From a virus, in IMG/VR virus record IMGVR_UViG_3300031977_001585, positions 1 to 64,000 of that record: a stretch of 64,000 bases of DNA, one strand, 5' to 3'. A model generated the notes under the pieces. That model saw only the letters and a list, made by a program, of their open reading frames with translations. It was not told the origin of the DNA and ran no database searches. The translations under genes were made by a program, and so were the position numbers. Positions 19,339 to 29,798 of this stretch are shown here, one piece after another (the first letter of the stretch is position 1; each line of letters opens with the position of its first letter).

Positions 19339-21252
19339 TTACGATAATTTGCCAAGAATTACTCTTGGATTTCCGTCCGAATCGTTAATTGTTATGGTAT
19401 CATTGTCTAATACCATAGATGATAGATCTCCAGAAGCCTGACTAGTACTGTTCTGTACCGCACCTAAACTTATTGAATTACTTTCGATACGACCCCCGTT
19501 AATCACAGTCGATCCATTAGCACCGACCGATGTCGGATCAAGAATTGGGATACCGTCTCCACCGTTAGTTAATTCTAAGCTTCCAGCAGTGCTATTCGTG
19601 AACGACACAACACCGTTGAAACTAATCAATGACTGTACAGCACTACCTGTGTCTGTAGAAGTTGCCGCAACACCAGTGGAATCAACGAAAACGAGATCTG
19701 ACCAATAGACGGTCGTGGACGGTGATACTGCAACTGTCGGGGCAGACAAAGACCAATTCGTAGTATCGTCTAAAACGACAACACCCGTTGCCCAAGTAAT
19801 GGTGCCACTTGGTGCAGTAGTGCTTGTTGTACTATATGCACGGAAGGTTGAGTATCGACCTGCTGGAGTACCGTTACTTCCAACGAATGGAACATAAGTA
19901 GCAGAAAGAAGGGTATTTGGAAGATCACTGTCCTGAGTCGGTTTAGGTGCTGTCCATTCATAGAATGTAACAAACTTCTTCGTATCTAGAGTCAATGAAA
20001 TCTGATTCATAGCACTTGGATTTTGCACCGAAGAATATACAGGCATCACACCTTGTGCTGGTGGTGCGTTCGGAGTCTCACCTACGAACTTGATCCATGT
20101 ACCACTGATATCATTGATTGTTGGTTTAGTATCAGTCCACTCATAATACAGTACATATTCTTGTCCGGCCTGTCGGTCAAAGTTTTTATTAGTACCACTC
20201 GCATCGTCTGCGTAAACTACCAAGACACCTTCAGAAGTACCATTGTCACCGTCGGTGATATCAAAAGAGGTATCTCCGATTGTAACTGTAGTTACTCCGG
20301 TAGAAGCATTATAAGAAGTCGATACACCAGGTGGTTGTGCATTTTCACCACCAACACCGACAATCTGTGCGTCACCAAATTCAGAGGCCGCAATGATGTC
20401 TGTAGTCCCACGTGCAACGACAGATCCCTGAATGATCCAAAGATACTCACCATTCGTGATAGAAGGAGCACTCTGAGTCCATCCGTTAAAATCAGCACCG
20501 GACTCTGCAGTCAACAAACCACTAGAAAAGGTATGCTTGAAATCTCCCGACGGATCTGTTGGAGCACTTGACGCATCACTGTTTTTGTTGTATAGTTGTA
20601 CAACTGCAGTATTGTATCCGTCCAGTCCCGTTCCTGACAGAACGGTTGCGGCACTAAACTCACCTGCTGGGATGATGTCTGTACTGCCCGTGTTCGATGC
20701 AGTTGCTTGCTTGACCCAAACATAGTTACCTGGTGCAACTGTAGGTAAATCTTGAGACCACCCATTTAGAGTTCCACCTGACAAAGCACCTGTTTCGTAA
20801 GTGTAGGTAAAGTCCCCCGATGGGTTTCCAGTCGGTGCCGTAGTATTGCTTGTGCCTGGCTTGAATATGAAGACCGTCGCAACACTAGTTGCTGGGTCTG
20901 GTTGTGTCGGTTGGAAACCAACACGTGAAAGAACAACAGGACCGTTCCAATCATCGTTATCAAACGTTGCGGTAGATCCTACTGGTCCTTCTAGTGTGAT
21001 CGACACCATCCACAGTGCTTCCGAAAAGGAAAGACTGTCGGGTACGGTCGACCAGTTAGCAAAAGCAGTGGAGACACTGGCAGTCAGTACTCCACTTAAA
21101 AAGTTGTATTCAAAGTTCCCCTGTGGTACAGTTGGTGCACTAGCATCTGCACTAGTCTTATAAAAGTACTGCAGTGTTACTCGTGACGTGCCGTCTTGTA
21201 GATCTACAAGAGAGACAGAATCAGAAGCATATCGTGTCCATAATACCGACAT
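19339..21252 (-). CDS. Fibre-like structural protein, 637 aa
   Basis: Same ~100-aa repeats as 9634-12615; C-terminus INGGRI...ITINDSDGNPRVILGKLS. Confidence 0.7.
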   Translation of the reverse strand: MSVLWTRYASDSVSLVDLQDGTSRVTLQYFYKTSADASAPTVPQGNFEYNFLSGVLTASVSTAFANWSTVPDSLSFSEALWMVSITLEGPVGSTATFDNDDWNGPVVLSRVGFQPTQPDPATSVATVFIFKPGTSNTTAPTGNPSGDFTYTYETGALSGGTLNGWSQDLPTVAPGNYVWVKQATASNTGSTDIIPAGEFSAATVLSGTGLDGYNTAVVQLYNKNSDASSAPTDPSGDFKHTFSSGLLTAESGADFNGWTQSAPSITNGEYLWIIQGSVVARGTTDIIAASEFGDAQIVGVGGENAQPPGVSTSYNASTGVTTVTIGDTSFDITDGDNGTSEGVLVVYADDASGTNKNFDRQAGQEYVLYYEWTDTKPTINDISGTWIKFVGETPNAPPAQGVMPVYSSVQNPSAMNQISLTLDTKKFVTFYEWTAPKPTQDSDLPNTLLSATYVPFVGSNGTPAGRYSTFRAYSTTSTTAPSGTITWATGVVVLDDTTNWSLSAPTVAVSPSTTVYWSDLVFVDSTGVAATSTDTGSAVQSLISFNGVVSFTNSTAGSLELTNGGDGIPILDPTSVGANGSTVINGGRIESNSISLGAVQNSTSQASGDLSSMVLDNDTITINDSDGNPRVILGKLS

Positions 21253-21268
21253 GGGGAACCCTTAATAA

Positions 21269-22441
21269 TTAAGATGTTGACTTAGTTACAGTGACATCAC
21301 AACGGATGCTGATTGGTGCAGATGTATCTGGCACAACGTCTGGACCTGCAGTAATCGCAGAGAAGTTGTTGTTGGTACCATCGGCAAAAACACCACCAGC
21401 TGTTACTACAGTAGAATCACTTGCTGAAGCGACTCGTACCGAAGATCCATCTCCGTATTCCCAACTGTACTTAATCTCGAAACCACCAACACCGTCAGTA
21501 ATCTCATTATCACCTTCACTCGTTGCATCTGTAACAACCGCAGTTAGTGTTACTGGAGTACCTGAGTTGTTACGGAATATGGTTGAACCACCAGAAGTTT
21601 CGATGTCTACCTTGATAGCACCACGACCAGCAAGCAGTTTAGCAACACTTACTACGTCTTGACCCTGATCACCAGAAACCTTCATAGTATATGAGAATGC
21701 AGAGTCACCTACGTTAGATGGAGCAATCTTGATCTGAGATCCTGTTGTCCAACCTTCGGTAGGAAGTGATCCGGTTGTTGTGAAACTATCTGATTGAGAT
21801 AGTCGATATCCAGCAATCTTTCCTGCTTCAGTACCTACAGTTGTGGCACTGAATGCTCCACCGTTTGTCTTAGTAGAGATTGCAACGTTAGTGGCAGTAC
21901 CAGTAACAACGAACTCGACGATTACATCGTTTTGATCAGATGCCAATACACCGTCTGCGTCTGCAAGGAATGTGTGGTCTGACTGGATAAGATTGATGAC
22001 CGTACTGTCCGCACCGTCACGTACAATAGTAACACTTAGTTCTAGGTCGATAGTGCCTGTGAACTTACCTGTGTTATATGCAACAGTAACGATTACTGTA
22101 CCACTACGCTTATACTCTGCGGCATCTGGTGCCACAATCGCATCACATGTGATAGTACCGTCTGCACCTTCTACGAAAGTGAACCCTGTTGCTTGTTGAA
22201 TATCATCAATAACAAACTCTCCATCACCCGCAGTTGCGTTTGATGAGTATGCTAATTCTGTTCCTCCAACATATGCTTGCACGTTAGTTTGAAAATCTGT
22301 ACGTGCAGCGTCTCCGACTTGACCTGTAGGACTACTGATAAAAGTATGGTTCGCATTGGTCAAGAAAGCAGATACCGCACTTTGACCGTCAATTACGTCG
22401 GTTAAGGTAACGGCCGCCGTGGCAGTTCTTACAATTGCCAT
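21269..22441 (-). CDS. Ig-like beta-rich structural protein
   Basis: 390 aa, Thr/Gly/Val-rich, G.TIFRN.SG...LTA motif shared with 22444-23220. Confidence 0.6.
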   Translation of the reverse strand: MAIVRTATAAVTLTDVIDGQSAVSAFLTNANHTFISSPTGQVGDAARTDFQTNVQAYVGGTELAYSSNATAGDGEFVIDDIQQATGFTFVEGADGTITCDAIVAPDAAEYKRSGTVIVTVAYNTGKFTGTIDLELSVTIVRDGADSTVINLIQSDHTFLADADGVLASDQNDVIVEFVVTGTATNVAISTKTNGGAFSATTVGTEAGKIAGYRLSQSDSFTTTGSLPTEGWTTGSQIKIAPSNVGDSAFSYTMKVSGDQGQDVVSVAKLLAGRGAIKVDIETSGGSTIFRNNSGTPVTLTAVVTDATSEGDNEITDGVGGFEIKYSWEYGDGSSVRVASASDSTVVTAGGVFADGTNNNFSAITAGPDVVPDTSAPISIRCDVTVTKSTS

Positions 22442-22443
22442 GA

Positions 22444-23220
22444 TTAACCCTCTTCTTTATCGTTAATAGTTAATTGAATTGGCAGTGTCCCAGAATTAGG
22501 AACTGCCTTTGCTTCGATGAAAATAGACTTCAGTTCACCATTACTAAACTCTTGCGCAGTTGATTCAGCCGGTATGCCAAAACCAATTGGACAAGTGCCG
22601 TCGTCTCCTACAGTAACAATAGTTCCGTCTATATGTGACACGTAACGTGTCGTCTTATTAATGCACACGGGTTTACCCCCCGATGTCCATTGATAATCAT
22701 AATCCCCGTATTGGTTTTCATCAATACCCAATCCGTTGATTGAAATTCGTGCTTGCAATTCGGTCTCACCCGAATCGTTTAAAAACACTGTTCCGTTCAC
22801 TGCCGTGATTGCGACGTTAAGATCCTCGTAACCACGATCGTAAATAAGTGCTGGAGCAGTCCACTCCCCCGGTAGAATAGTCTTCTGAGACACACCATCC
22901 ACGCGTGGTACAGATGTTTGAATAAGAAATACGTATCTTCCGTCTGTTGGAATGCTCAACTTCCATCCCTGTAGAGTTGGATCTTCTGGCATGGTAATGT
23001 CGTTGCCAGAGAAATCGTAAATCGTAGGTAGGGAAATATCTTCTGACTCGGGAAGAGTCGGTTCATTGAATGCTTTGTAGAGTTCTACTCGTAGACCACC
23101 ACTAGCAGAAAGACGGTACAGTTCTTCGAAGTTGTCGTTGACCTTTTCTGCGGTTGTGCGGAGTGTATCTCCGGTACCATCGTTACCTGCACCACCAGTG
23201 TTAATAATTTGTCTTGGCAT
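22444..23220 (-). CDS. Structural protein with gp9/gp10-type N-terminal anchor
   Basis: IINTG..GNDGTGDTLR...KVNDNFEELY matches the T4 gp9/gp10 N-terminal motif. Confidence 0.75.
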   Translation of the reverse strand: MPRQIINTGGAGNDGTGDTLRTTAEKVNDNFEELYRLSASGGLRVELYKAFNEPTLPESEDISLPTIYDFSGNDITMPEDPTLQGWKLSIPTDGRYVFLIQTSVPRVDGVSQKTILPGEWTAPALIYDRGYEDLNVAITAVNGTVFLNDSGETELQARISINGLGIDENQYGDYDYQWTSGGKPVCINKTTRYVSHIDGTIVTVGDDGTCPIGFGIPAESTAQEFSNGELKSIFIEAKAVPNSGTLPIQLTINDKEEG

Positions 23221-23247
23221 GAAAATTGTCTCTCAATTCAATGTCAG

Positions 23248-23255
23248 TATTTATA
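23248..23255 (-). promoter_or_regulatory. T4-type late promoter
   Basis: TATAAATA overlapping the stop of 23251-25437. Confidence 0.8.
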
Positions 23256-25437
23256 CCTGATCTACCTCTGGATTTTGACCAGGAGGAGTATCTGGTTCCG
23301 TCGGTTCTGTAGACCCATCATCTGGTTCCGTCGGTCCTGTAGACCCACCCGCAATCTTAATAGGAATGACTTTGCTGAATGTGACGTTCACATTGTCAAA
23401 CCAAGAAGATACCGTAACCGACAGATCCTCTCCTCCAGTGACGGTACCTATGTTGGCAACATAGACTAACTCCGGTATTGTATTTTGTGTCCCGTCTTCG
23501 CGAAGGTCAATATAAACCGTACCTAATGGATTTTCTTGCAAACTCTTATCTACCCATCCGTCACCAAACTCTAGCACCAACTGTTGCCCTGCAAGAGAAC
23601 TACCCATAATTAAAAACTCAACACTCTCTGTTGATGGATCGAGTACTAATTCTTCGTCAGTAAATCCTTGCTGATTACTAGGGTATGGTATATTAGGTTT
23701 CGCAATGTGAAGGGCAAAGTGAGTAAATGCATCATCCGGATACTCATTCGCTGCACCTGGTGACATGCTAATCACAACGTTTGGATCTGTAAGATCTGTG
23801 CTAGGGTTAGCAATTCCAGAAAGATTAACGTCGGCAGTAATTGTGTGCTCAGACGTTGATACCTTCGATAAACCCTTCACCCTAGATTTAAATACGACCG
23901 TGGTCTCTAATGGTATTGACGGATCTGAATCAAGGTTAGTTTCTTCGACCGTACACTTAAACGACACTACTCCACTGCTTGTAATTGTTTCTCGTGTGTC
24001 ATTCAGTAGAACCGAAACGTTAGGGTTACTCTCACTGCTGTTGGATTCTATATTAAAGAATATTTCATAACTTTCACCAGCACCGACGGAACCATCTAAC
24101 CATCTACCAGAGGATAATATTCCAATACCATCACTACCTGACGATTTGACTGCGTAGGTTCCGTTGGGTGAATACTCAACGGTAACACTGGTTCTTCGTA
24201 CCAACTGGGTCATCCACGAACCAAGATTACCTGTGCCAGCAGTGTTTACAATAAGTTTACGACGACCACTTTCAGTTACAACAGTTAACGGGTCCGGCCA
24301 GATACCTGTTGGATATTCGGTTGGTTCGGTCGATGTAAATGGTAGATACATCTTAGGTTGTCTATCTGGAGAAACAAAACTACTTGTGCTAGGATACTCT
24401 ATGAACGAGTCTGGAGAGTTGATGAAATCATAGTATAGATTACCATCTACAAAATATGATGATCCATTTAACTGTCCACCAGAAAACGATTTTGGTACTA
24501 TAACAGGTTCAGACCATGATCCTGCTACGTATTCATACACTTCAGTTTTATACCCATCCGAAACAATTAACTGATCGGTACTTGCAGTGATGACCGGAAA
24601 TGGTTTATACTCTACAACCGTTCCTGCTTCAGGACCAAGACCTTCCGGTACTGATATAGGATAATTGCCACCAAGCACCGCACTCCTTTCATGTATCAAT
24701 TCTTTCATGGTACCATCACCAACGAACACATCAAGGGTCTCTTCTGCTTCTACTACAACCCCTGTCCCTAGGTTAGTAAGACCAGCAGTGATCATGCTCT
24801 CTACGTCATGTACCCAAACAGTAGGAATCCACGGGTCAGTGCCAGCATGAAACTCTGGGGCACTACTCCACTGTGTGTTTATAATCTTCTGCTTACCACC
24901 TATCGTTACTACCTGAGCGTTTTCTACACTAAATTCATAACGATATATGTTCGTTGGAATAATGAATGATAGGTTTGTGTACTCATATGTGATACCATAT
25001 TCGTTGGTATGTTCATATTTAAGATTATCCAAATTGTCTAAATCTAAAAATCCGAACGACCGACCATAATGAATCCAATCAGATCCTGTCCATTTACGAG
25101 TATATCCCGCAGGGAATACTAGCCATCGATCATCGACAACAAAAACATCTGAAACTAGGTTAGTAGCAGACTCAGTAGTAGAACCCCCTGCCATAAATCT
25201 GTATGTTGCCCAGTTTTCAATGTTTGGTAGGTACTGTAGTTCTTCTACCAGATTCCAGTTGCTGTCATATAACGTTATTGCGGCACCATATGGCAATTCA
25301 TTTTCTATCTGTGCCTCTGCAACAAAGTGCCCTTTAAGAGAATTGAATACAATGTTTCGTGTAGGAGTTGATACTACTTGAGAACCAAATAAACTTTTAG
25401 CATACATTCCACTTACTGCGTATGTCCCATCTGCCAT
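23251..25437 (-). CDS. Hypothetical beta-rich structural protein, 728 aa
   Basis: Long acidic ORF inside the baseplate operon; Pro/Thr/Glu C-terminal tail. Confidence 0.6.
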   Translation of the reverse strand: MADGTYAVSGMYAKSLFGSQVVSTPTRNIVFNSLKGHFVAEAQIENELPYGAAITLYDSNWNLVEELQYLPNIENWATYRFMAGGSTTESATNLVSDVFVVDDRWLVFPAGYTRKWTGSDWIHYGRSFGFLDLDNLDNLKYEHTNEYGITYEYTNLSFIIPTNIYRYEFSVENAQVVTIGGKQKIINTQWSSAPEFHAGTDPWIPTVWVHDVESMITAGLTNLGTGVVVEAEETLDVFVGDGTMKELIHERSAVLGGNYPISVPEGLGPEAGTVVEYKPFPVITASTDQLIVSDGYKTEVYEYVAGSWSEPVIVPKSFSGGQLNGSSYFVDGNLYYDFINSPDSFIEYPSTSSFVSPDRQPKMYLPFTSTEPTEYPTGIWPDPLTVVTESGRRKLIVNTAGTGNLGSWMTQLVRRTSVTVEYSPNGTYAVKSSGSDGIGILSSGRWLDGSVGAGESYEIFFNIESNSSESNPNVSVLLNDTRETITSSGVVSFKCTVEETNLDSDPSIPLETTVVFKSRVKGLSKVSTSEHTITADVNLSGIANPSTDLTDPNVVISMSPGAANEYPDDAFTHFALHIAKPNIPYPSNQQGFTDEELVLDPSTESVEFLIMGSSLAGQQLVLEFGDGWVDKSLQENPLGTVYIDLREDGTQNTIPELVYVANIGTVTGGEDLSVTVSSWFDNVNVTFSKVIPIKIAGGSTGPTEPDDGSTEPTEPDTPPGQNPEVDQV

Positions 25438-25439
25438 GA

Positions 25440-26408
25440 TTATTCTCCTTGCCTTATAATGCTATAGTATTTTGATAGATCGTCAGTCCCGTAGACCCCA
25501 CGTTCTTCACCTCGTAGATAAACTCTTCCGTCCGTTCCAATAACTTGAGTCGGCACTTCTCCGGTAGAGATCTCTTCACTGTATACAATGGTATCGTTCC
25601 ATGTTAGTAGAAGAGATACAGGTGCATCAACATTTTCAATATACTCTGACCACTCGTATCTCGGACTCGACCCTGACCAATGTGGTTCGTTATCTGGAAG
25701 ATCCGGTACAGGTTCTCCGACATATGGTGCAAAATTATACCCACCGTTAACCAACTTGATCGGGTTAAGTAGGAAATACGTTAGTGCTTTTATCTTACCT
25801 TGACGACCCGAATAAGCATTCAGTGCATCGGCAAGATCATATTGTTGTGCGATATCATATAGTGCTGTCACCGACAACGTCTCGATTGCTAGATCTTTTA
25901 GCAGTTTAATATTCTCAAACGGATACGCATATAGGGCACCGTACGCAACAGTTCCGTCGGACATCGTAGTTTCTTCTTTAGTGTTGAAGACAACATGCGT
26001 ATCGGTTATCGATACCAATTTTTCTGGAGTGTCACCATTTGCGGATGTGTAGAATGTGAAACTAGGAGAGTGTTCTTGTGACCAGTCTTGATATAATACG
26101 TTATCCTCTAACGGTGAGTTTACGATAGACTCGAAATATAGATTATCACCAACGATGACATTCTCATCAATCGGATCTGTAGGTTCGAGAGGTTCTGGTT
26201 CTGCCTCTGGTTCCGGTTCTGGTTCTGGTTCCGGCTCTGGTTCAGGTTCTGGTTCAGGTTCCGGTTCTGGAGTTGGGGTTACACTACCAATTTCCTCACG
26301 GATGAAGTATAAGGTGTCCTCATTCTTTTCGGATAGGGCATCGTACTGCTCCTGTGTGCCGATCCAAACCTCGACTGCCTCACCTGTATTCTTGTCTATA
26401 ATACTCAT
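25440..26408 (-). CDS. Structural protein with (PE)n linker and C-terminal knob domain
   Basis: N-terminal WIGTQEQYDAL..K...TLYFI minor-tail motif, PE repeat, C-terminal W...WNDT.VY...G..Y.RG...Y.I domain. Confidence 0.7.
   Translation of the reverse strand: MSIIDKNTGEAVEVWIGTQEQYDALSEKNEDTLYFIREEIGSVTPTPEPEPEPEPEPEPEPEPEPEPEAEPEPLEPTDPIDENVIVGDNLYFESIVNSPLEDNVLYQDWSQEHSPSFTFYTSANGDTPEKLVSITDTHVVFNTKEETTMSDGTVAYGALYAYPFENIKLLKDLAIETLSVTALYDIAQQYDLADALNAYSGRQGKIKALTYFLLNPIKLVNGGYNFAPYVGEPVPDLPDNEPHWSGSSPRYEWSEYIENVDAPVSLLLTWNDTIVYSEEISTGEVPTQVIGTDGRVYLRGEERGVYGTDDLSKYYSIIRQGE
26190..26272 (-). repeat. (Pro-Glu)n hexanucleotide repeat
   Basis: About 13 ggttcN units on the plus strand encoding PEPEPE. 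Confidence 0.9.
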
Positions 26409-27505
26409 TGTTCATTTCCCACGATTACTTGATCGCCGACATATTCGATAGATGATATCTCAACACCACCTAGTTTGATTCCTTCGATTACCAGATCACC
26501 ATAGAATACGGTGTAGTCTGCTACACTGTACACTTCAGGGTTGCCTTCTGGCATCGGTTGCATTCTGCCTGGTGACGGTGGAACTAGAGAAACGTCAATC
26601 GTAACCTCTGTTTCCTGTGCATCCATGAATTCGATATCGTCACCCATATGTAGGTCTGTCGCATCCATGCGAGGTGCTGCAGGTGATGCCCAGTACGCAA
26701 GGGTGTCGTAGATATCTTCGATTCGTTGCAGTGACATGTTTTTATAACGACCCAGAGTCTCTTCGGAACTCAAGATGAATGTCTCATCGACCGGATCGGT
26801 TTCACGCATCGTCATCAATGCGTATAATGGTTTGACCTTGTTCTCTGCTTCACTCTCCAAGAACAGGTACGCAGTCTCTAGTGGATCTGTCTGCTTCCCT
26901 GATTCGGTCTCGATATCAGCAAGTCCCAGTGTAGATACTTCGGTAGCAAGATAGAATCCCGCAGGGTGGACAAACTTCTTGTAGAACTCTTTGAAGTCCG
27001 ATGTCGACATCCCCACCTTCAGTAGAACAGAGAAGACTTGGAATCGACGATCGTCTGTGATAAACTTGACAGACTCCGGTCCTATCTGTGAGTCGGCCTC
27101 ACCGATCTTGAATATGTACTGCTTCGGGTAGACGACCTCGACATCATGATGGAAGAATGCCTTGAAGAACTGCTCGACCGACATCTGTGTGCCCTTGGCA
27201 CGGTAGAAGTTGGCAAGCAGTTTGGTTGATAGACGTGCGGTTGCTTCGTCTGGGAATGCAGTGGTGTCGATACCGTTACCGATACCACGTAGTAATAGAT
27301 CGAGTGCGTCTAGTGTTGTTGTGCTAATGTCACGGATGCTAAAGAGTTCTTGGATCTTTGCCTCGAACGATCCCGACGGATCCTCTTTAGTGTACTCATA
27401 GTAGTTCTCCAAGAACTCGATAAGTCTTGGATAGTCGGACTGGTAGAACTCTGGTAGTACCCCAGAGATCTCACTACTATGGAATCGAACCTTAGCACGT
27501 GCCAT
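26405..27505 (-). CDS. gp7: Short baseplate wedge initiator (gp7-like)
   Basis: LPEF...YP.LIEFLENYYEY, FYRAKGT, YKKFVHPAGF; immediately downstream of gp6. Confidence 0.75.
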   Translation of the reverse strand: MARAKVRFHSSEISGVLPEFYQSDYPRLIEFLENYYEYTKEDPSGSFEAKIQELFSIRDISTTTLDALDLLLRGIGNGIDTTAFPDEATARLSTKLLANFYRAKGTQMSVEQFFKAFFHHDVEVVYPKQYIFKIGEADSQIGPESVKFITDDRRFQVFSVLLKVGMSTSDFKEFYKKFVHPAGFYLATEVSTLGLADIETESGKQTDPLETAYLFLESEAENKVKPLYALMTMRETDPVDETFILSSEETLGRYKNMSLQRIEDIYDTLAYWASPAAPRMDATDLHMGDDIEFMDAQETEVTIDVSLVPPSPGRMQPMPEGNPEVYSVADYTVFYGDLVIEGIKLGGVEISSIEYVGDQVIVGNEQ

Positions 27506-29328
27506 TATAATAGAACTCCGATGGTATCGGTCTCAACGTTAGCAGTTACGGATGATCCTATGGCATCTAATCGTAGGATATAGTTGCGCAGTGGTTTGAT
27601 CGTGCTTTGGTTAGCAGGTACTGCGTTTACTCTCAACGTATCCGATGTCCCTTCTTCGATGCGAAGACCTCGAAGATTGACCGCACCCTTCGCGGGGTCA
27701 TATGACCCCACGTTCGAAAGAATGACGTTCCCGTCGGTATCAAAAATCTGCAGACGATACGACCCCAGTTCATTCTTTACAACGGCGTTCTTTCCGTTGT
27801 ACCTGAAAGCAGACGTTGTGACAACATGTTCATCCTTGTCCGGTGCGGCAAGCAAGAACGGGAAGTTGACATCAAAGTCTCTTACGATAAAGTTCTCTGG
27901 CAGTAGACCGACAGTGATACCAGAGTTGTATGTGATAACCTCATCAAACAGAACTCGAATGTTGATACGAGACTGTGCGGAGACAGACATCTTAGAGTTT
28001 AGGATTGCCGGACTTAGATCGTCGACCTTCGACAATAGAGGAGAACGACGGAACGATGAATTGAACTTGTTCATCTCTTCGGCAAAGTGGTCGGTAATGA
28101 TCTCTTCGACTCGTGAACGATACGTCTCTTTCGTTTCGGTAGATATCGTCGGATCGATATTGAACATCGTCGTTGCGGTAATGTATACGACTTCCGGATC
28201 GGTGAACTCTGTGTCGATCGACATGATCGATAGGTTGCTTGTTAGTTCATCTTTGATACGGGTACGTAGATCGTCAACGTCGATTCCGAATCTCGGGTTC
28301 AGACTTACGAATACCTTTCCATACTCTGGTGGTACGTTGTCGTTACCACCCCATGCTACTACGTCATTAATGAACGGAGCATATTTGTTACTGATCATCG
28401 ACGTGTAGTCTTCGGCAGTGACTAGTCGACGTTGTGATGCGAATCCACGAGGTGCGTTTAGTTTGATCGACTCAAGTGACTCTTTTGCCGAACCACCGGC
28501 CGATCGAGTTGCACTTAGGATCTCTAAACCGTTACTGACTCCCTTCGTTGTAAACGTTGCGGCACCGTTACCTTCGGTTCCGGATGTCTTCAGATAGGTA
28601 ACGACAATCTTACTACCCACTTTCGGTTTTTGACCTAATACGTTACCGTCACTGAATAGGATTTCGTAGTGACCGTTCGACGTTTCCTTTATGAAGAAGA
28701 TACGAGAGTTGTCGGTGATGCCGGAGACAGAGTCGATGTTCAGATACGACGTTGAACTATCGGATGTATACGAGTCGAATACTTCGACCTTTAGTGTGGT
28801 TGCGTCTAGGTCTTCGTCTGGAATGACGTACTGCGAGTATTCGACATCTGCTTGGAATGTGCGTCGACGGAGACGACCTTCGGATACCTTAACAAGACCC
28901 ACTGCCAGACCGTCGTCGTTTACCTTGATAGTCGTTGGATCGGTTGTACGGAACGTGTATCCTACCTCATCGACCTGACCAATGAACTCATGACCTTCGG
29001 GAACCACGACTTCGACTTCACCTGCTGCCGGTGTAATGCTTACGGTTAGGAATGAAGATGCACCGACCTTCGACTTAGGAGTATACCCTAAAGTCTCTGC
29101 ATGTGCAAGTGCCGACGCACGAATCTGAGACGAACTAAGGAACGACTCATTGATTGCCATGTTTGCCGTTAGACCGTTCAGATGGGTGTTGTATGCCAGA
29201 ACATCTAAGATAGCAGCGAGACCACTTCCCTCGAAGTTGTAGTCTGAGAATGTGCCCGACTGTCTTAGGTGTGCCTTTAGACTCTTACGTAACTCAAGAA
29301 AGTCAAGATCAGAGGTTTTGATTGTCAT
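27505..29328 (-). CDS. gp6: Baseplate wedge subunit gp6
   Basis: DLDF..L..SLK, DYNFEGSGL..ILDVLAYNTH, Q.RLVTAEDY, WGG.DN.PPEYGKVF. Confidence 0.95.
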   Translation of the reverse strand: MTIKTSDLDFLELRKSLKAHLRQSGTFSDYNFEGSGLAAILDVLAYNTHLNGLTANMAINESFLSSSQIRASALAHAETLGYTPKSKVGASSFLTVSITPAAGEVEVVVPEGHEFIGQVDEVGYTFRTTDPTTIKVNDDGLAVGLVKVSEGRLRRRTFQADVEYSQYVIPDEDLDATTLKVEVFDSYTSDSSTSYLNIDSVSGITDNSRIFFIKETSNGHYEILFSDGNVLGQKPKVGSKIVVTYLKTSGTEGNGAATFTTKGVSNGLEILSATRSAGGSAKESLESIKLNAPRGFASQRRLVTAEDYTSMISNKYAPFINDVVAWGGNDNVPPEYGKVFVSLNPRFGIDVDDLRTRIKDELTSNLSIMSIDTEFTDPEVVYITATTMFNIDPTISTETKETYRSRVEEIITDHFAEEMNKFNSSFRRSPLLSKVDDLSPAILNSKMSVSAQSRINIRVLFDEVITYNSGITVGLLPENFIVRDFDVNFPFLLAAPDKDEHVVTTSAFRYNGKNAVVKNELGSYRLQIFDTDGNVILSNVGSYDPAKGAVNLRGLRIEEGTSDTLRVNAVPANQSTIKPLRNYILRLDAIGSSVTANVETDTIGVLL

Positions 29329-29769
29329 TTACCTTATCCTCGCAATATTCACGTTAACCGAAACCTCTTGCTCGAAGTCTACCACATTGAACTTCACAAG
29401 AACGTCAACCGAATTATAATCTGGTTTAATGTTAACTATGACCTGATTCACGATTGCTCTTGGTTCATAGTTAGATATAGTTGATTCAACGAGAGTCTTG
29501 ATGTCTCGTTTGTTTAAATCTGTATCGAGTTCAAACAGCAAACTGCCCAAGTCCGCACCCAACAAAGGACGGAATGGTCGAGACCCATGATTCGTCATCA
29601 ACAGATTCTTTACAGACTGTATGACTGCCTGTGCGTCTTTCTTCTGGTAGATGTCCCCCGATGGTTTCTTCATGAAGGTACAATCGATATCAGAATTAAC
29701 GACGGCTACCGATACAGTGATCGGTCGAGTTGACAAATTTAAGTCTTGTAAAGAACTAATCTTAGGCAT
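29329..29769 (-). CDS. gp25: Baseplate wedge subunit gp25
   Basis: AVIQSVKNLLMTNHGSRPF.P.LG..L..LLFE...I.NYEPR. Confidence 0.93.
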   Translation of the reverse strand: MPKISSLQDLNLSTRPITVSVAVVNSDIDCTFMKKPSGDIYQKKDAQAVIQSVKNLLMTNHGSRPFRPLLGADLGSLLFELDTDLNKRDIKTLVESTISNYEPRAIVNQVIVNIKPDYNSVDVLVKFNVVDFEQEVSVNVNIARIR

Positions 29770-29790
29770 TGCGTTAAACTCTTTTTTGTG

Positions 29791-29798
29791 TATTTATA
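29791..29798 (-). promoter_or_regulatory. T4-type late promoter
   Basis: TATAAATA upstream of gp25. Confidence 0.8.
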
